The notes beneath the pieces are model-generated. The model worked only from the letters and a program-made list of their open reading frames with translations. It made no database searches and had not been told where the DNA came from. Shown in pieces: positions 62,565-64,000 of a DNA stretch of 64,000 bases. The first letter of the stretch is position 1. The number at the start of each line of letters is the position of its first letter. Both the position numbers and the translations under genes were made by a program. The DNA is from Mobula hypostoma (lineage: Eukaryota): positions 52,392,001 to 52,456,000 of the forward strand of contig NC_086108.1 of the NCBI RefSeq assembly GCF_963921235.1. Direction: 5' to 3'.

Positions 62565-64000
62565 TCAAAGCGACTCCATCTGCACACCTAGGACAATCAG
62601 ACCACACCTCCCTCACACTGACCCCACCTTACAGACCACAGATCTGCAGAGTTAAACCAACTATCAAGGCAGTACATGTGTGGTCTGCGGAAGCCACCTC
62701 AATGCTACAGGACTGTTTTGACAACAGAGATTGGGGCTTGTTTGCAAAGGGAGCAGACCTGGAGGAATATGCTGGTTCAGTCCTAAGATATATTAAGTTT
62801 TGCACAGAAAATGTAATAACACAAAAGACAATTAAGGTGTTTCCCAATCAGAAGCCATGGATTAACAGCAATGTGAGGGCACTACTCAGGGAGCGCGATG
62901 CAGCCTTCAGGTCAGGAGACAAACAAGCCTACAGTGAAGCACGGGGGAATCTCCGCAGGGACATCAGGGATGCGAAGCGCAAATACAAATTGCGCATTGA
63001 AAATCAGTTTGATAACAACAACCCCCGCAGTATGTGGAAAGGCATCAAGGCGCTGACAGACTACAAATCCAATAATCTGCTGCCAGATGATGACGCCACG
63101 ATACTCAGAGGGAGGAGGCTGCTCCACTCATCAACCCACCTGACGATGAGTCCACACTGATCCTTAAGCAACATCAGGTGAGATCCACCCTGAGGAAAGT
63201 GAATGCGAGTAAGGTAGCTGGCCCAGACGGAGTGCCCGGCCGGGTACTGAAAGCATGTGCCGACCTGCTTGCTGAGGTGTTTACAAGTATATTTAACCTA
63301 TCACTGCAACAAGCTGTTGTTCCATCATGCCTTAAAACCTCCACCATCATCCCAGTGCCCAAAATATCAGCTGTGAAGTGCCTGAATGACTATGGCCCTG
63401 TAGCGCTGACACCCATAGCCATGAAGTGCTTTGAGAGACTTGTGCTCTCACACAATAAGGCTATAATCCCACCTGATCTGGACAAACACCAGATTGCCTA
63501 CTGGGCAAACTGCTCCACAGAGGATGCAATCACAACAGCCCTCCATATTGCTCTGACTCACTTAGAGGAACCGAACACTTATGTGAGGATGTTATTTGTG
63601 GACTTCAGTTCCGCACTTAACACAGTCTTCCCCCATAAACTGGTCAGCAAACTGAACACTCTTGGCCTTGGTTCCTCCCTGTGCTCATGGGTCATGGACT
63701 TTCTCACAGACCAACCACAGCAAGTCAGAATTGGTAAGCACACCTCCACCACCCTCATCTTAAAAATAGGCACCCCGCAGGGCTGTGTGCTGAACCCTAT
63801 GCTCTATACACTCTTCACACATGACTGCACCCCCCTCTACACCTCCAACTCCGTAATTAAATTTGCGGAGGATACCACAGTGGTTGGCCTGATCTCGGAC
63901 AAGGATGAAACAGCCTACAGGCTTGAGGTGGATCATCTGACGGAGTGGTGTAAGGACAACGACCTGGTCCTTAACACTTCTAAAACAAAAGAGATGATCA
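62565..64000 (+). mobile_element. Rex1/Babar-type LINE, runs off window end
   Basis: LQDCFD..DW, FPNQKPWIN, CLNDYGPVALTPIAMKCFERLV, GTPQGCVL, FAED. Confidence 0.88.

Noticed and set aside
1..64000. CRISPR arrays, rRNA genes, prokaryotic operons and the many short antisense ORFs
   Set aside because: None seen; spliced vertebrate DNA, and most short ORFs are shadows of LINE coding sequence.

Overview
Vertebrate nuclear DNA; the repeat content (CR1, Rex1/Babar, RTE, Penelope-derived repeats) suggests a cartilaginous fish, which is inference. Two spliced genes converge tail-to-tail. SCYL3 is on + (12 coding exons, 9432..39895; first coding exon not found, presumably upstream). The 3' part of FIRRM/C1orf112 is on - (8 coding exons, 61601..44462). 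Introns are full of nested, mostly decayed transposons. The most unusual structure is in SCYL3 intron 15744..23973: a Chapaev3-like DNA transposon holds an RTE LINE, which holds a HERO-like (RLE-type) non-LTR retrotransposon. That element has 108-bp terminal direct repeats. Its 3' end carries hammerhead-ribozyme core motifs in a non-circularly permuted strand order, and its 5' end starts 3 nt after the equivalent of the predicted cleavage site. Family names come from motif recognition, not database searches. Repeat boundaries without TSD/TIR evidence are approximate.
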